Source of the DNA: Macrostomum lignano
Taxonomy: Eukaryota
Direction of reading: 5' to 3'
Assembly (NCBI GenBank): GCA_002269645.1
Contig: NIVC01003013.1
Location: 61,428-125,427 of the forward strand
Length of the DNA: 64,000 nt
The position numbers and the translations under genes were made by a program. The notes under the pieces are model-generated. The model made no database searches. It was not told the DNA's origin and saw nothing but the letters and a program-made list of their open reading frames with translations. Shown here one piece after another: positions 63,477 to 64,000 of the stretch. Every line of letters starts with the position of its first letter. The first letter of the stretch is position 1.

Positions 63477-64000
63477 CTAAACCCAATCTCCTAAGCCTAA
63501 TCTCCAATGCCCGAACGGTAGACTGTTAATATTGTCATCAAAAATGAATCTCTTGTTATCTGCACCTGACAGACCAATCTTCTTTTGCTGAATTGTGTGA
63601 AATAATATGGTTTTAGATTGTAGCTTTGAGAACTCATGTGATGTCTTTTTGTTGCAATTCAAGCGTCTCTGTATTCAGCTTCATTAATTTCCTTCCTAAC
63701 CACACGTTTCGGAATTCCCTTTGATTTTTTAATTGGGTCTGACGACTCACATTTAAAAATAGGACTTTGCTCTCAACCCAATGAATTCAGTGATTATGTC
63801 ACCAGCAATCTCGTCCTTCATTTTCCCAATCACTTCTTGTTAGTAGCGTCAAACACTTGATCGCCCATTCTGTGTCCTGCAAGATTCATCATACTCAGAC
63901 AAGTCAAACAAATCTTTTTGCTGCAGCATGTCCTGATAAATGTCTTCTGTTTGAATGTCCATAATAAAACTGTCTGTGTCGGTGTACAAGAGTTTCATTT
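63477..64000 (-). pseudogene. polB: Protein-primed family B DNA polymerase, C-terminal part (continues off the right edge), frameshifted as written
   Basis: LLYTDTDSF (motif C), NKKVIGKMKDE, EFIGLRAKSY, KSKGIP, and the C-terminal KKIGLSGADNKR..SLPFGH. Confidence 0.92.

Larger units (their letters stand above)
56330..64000. mobile_element. Endogenous Maverick/Polinton (adintovirus-like) dsDNA virus element, partial. The left end may extend to ~53281 and the right end is outside the window.
   Basis: Intronless, densely packed ORFs with A-rich AAAATG start contexts: penton, major capsid, A32/FtsK-type ATPase, adenain protease and protein-primed PolB. This gene set is characteristic of Polintons. 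Confidence 0.93.

Noticed and set aside
53281-64000. Retroviral-like integrase expected in a Polinton
   Set aside because: No DDE/rve-like ORF seen here. It probably lies beyond the right edge, so its absence cannot be claimed.

Overview
This is eukaryotic (animal) genomic DNA. It is probably an invertebrate with minisatellite-filled introns; a Macrostomum-type flatworm is plausible, but that is inference only. There are four blocks. (1) 577-24014, minus strand: the 5' ~750 codons of a plasma-membrane Ca2+-ATPase (PMCA/ATP2B) in 8 constitutive coding exons, plus two in-frame microexons (18 and 27 nt) that the ORF track misses, at the position equivalent to PMCA splice site A. (2) ~24.1-35.9 kb: non-coding, AT-rich sequence with several minisatellites. 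(3) 35919-52906: two head-to-head, single-domain M2 zinc metallopeptidase (ACE-like) paralogues. Both have altered substrate-anchoring residues. The plus-strand copy has a 1-nt frameshift, a GC donor and an extra intron that looks as if it arose by tandem duplication. (4) ~53.3/56.3 kb to the right edge: an endogenous Maverick/Polinton (adintovirus-like) element with penton, N-terminally truncated major capsid protein, packaging ATPase, adenain protease, the C-terminus of protein-primed PolB and several accessory ORFs. It runs off the window; no integrase is seen. Most long ORFs in the track are translations of tandem repeats. All three host genes have exons flanked by reverse-complementary repeat pairs. 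All exon boundaries were read by hand from GT/GC-AG sites and frame continuity, and repeat boundaries are approximate.
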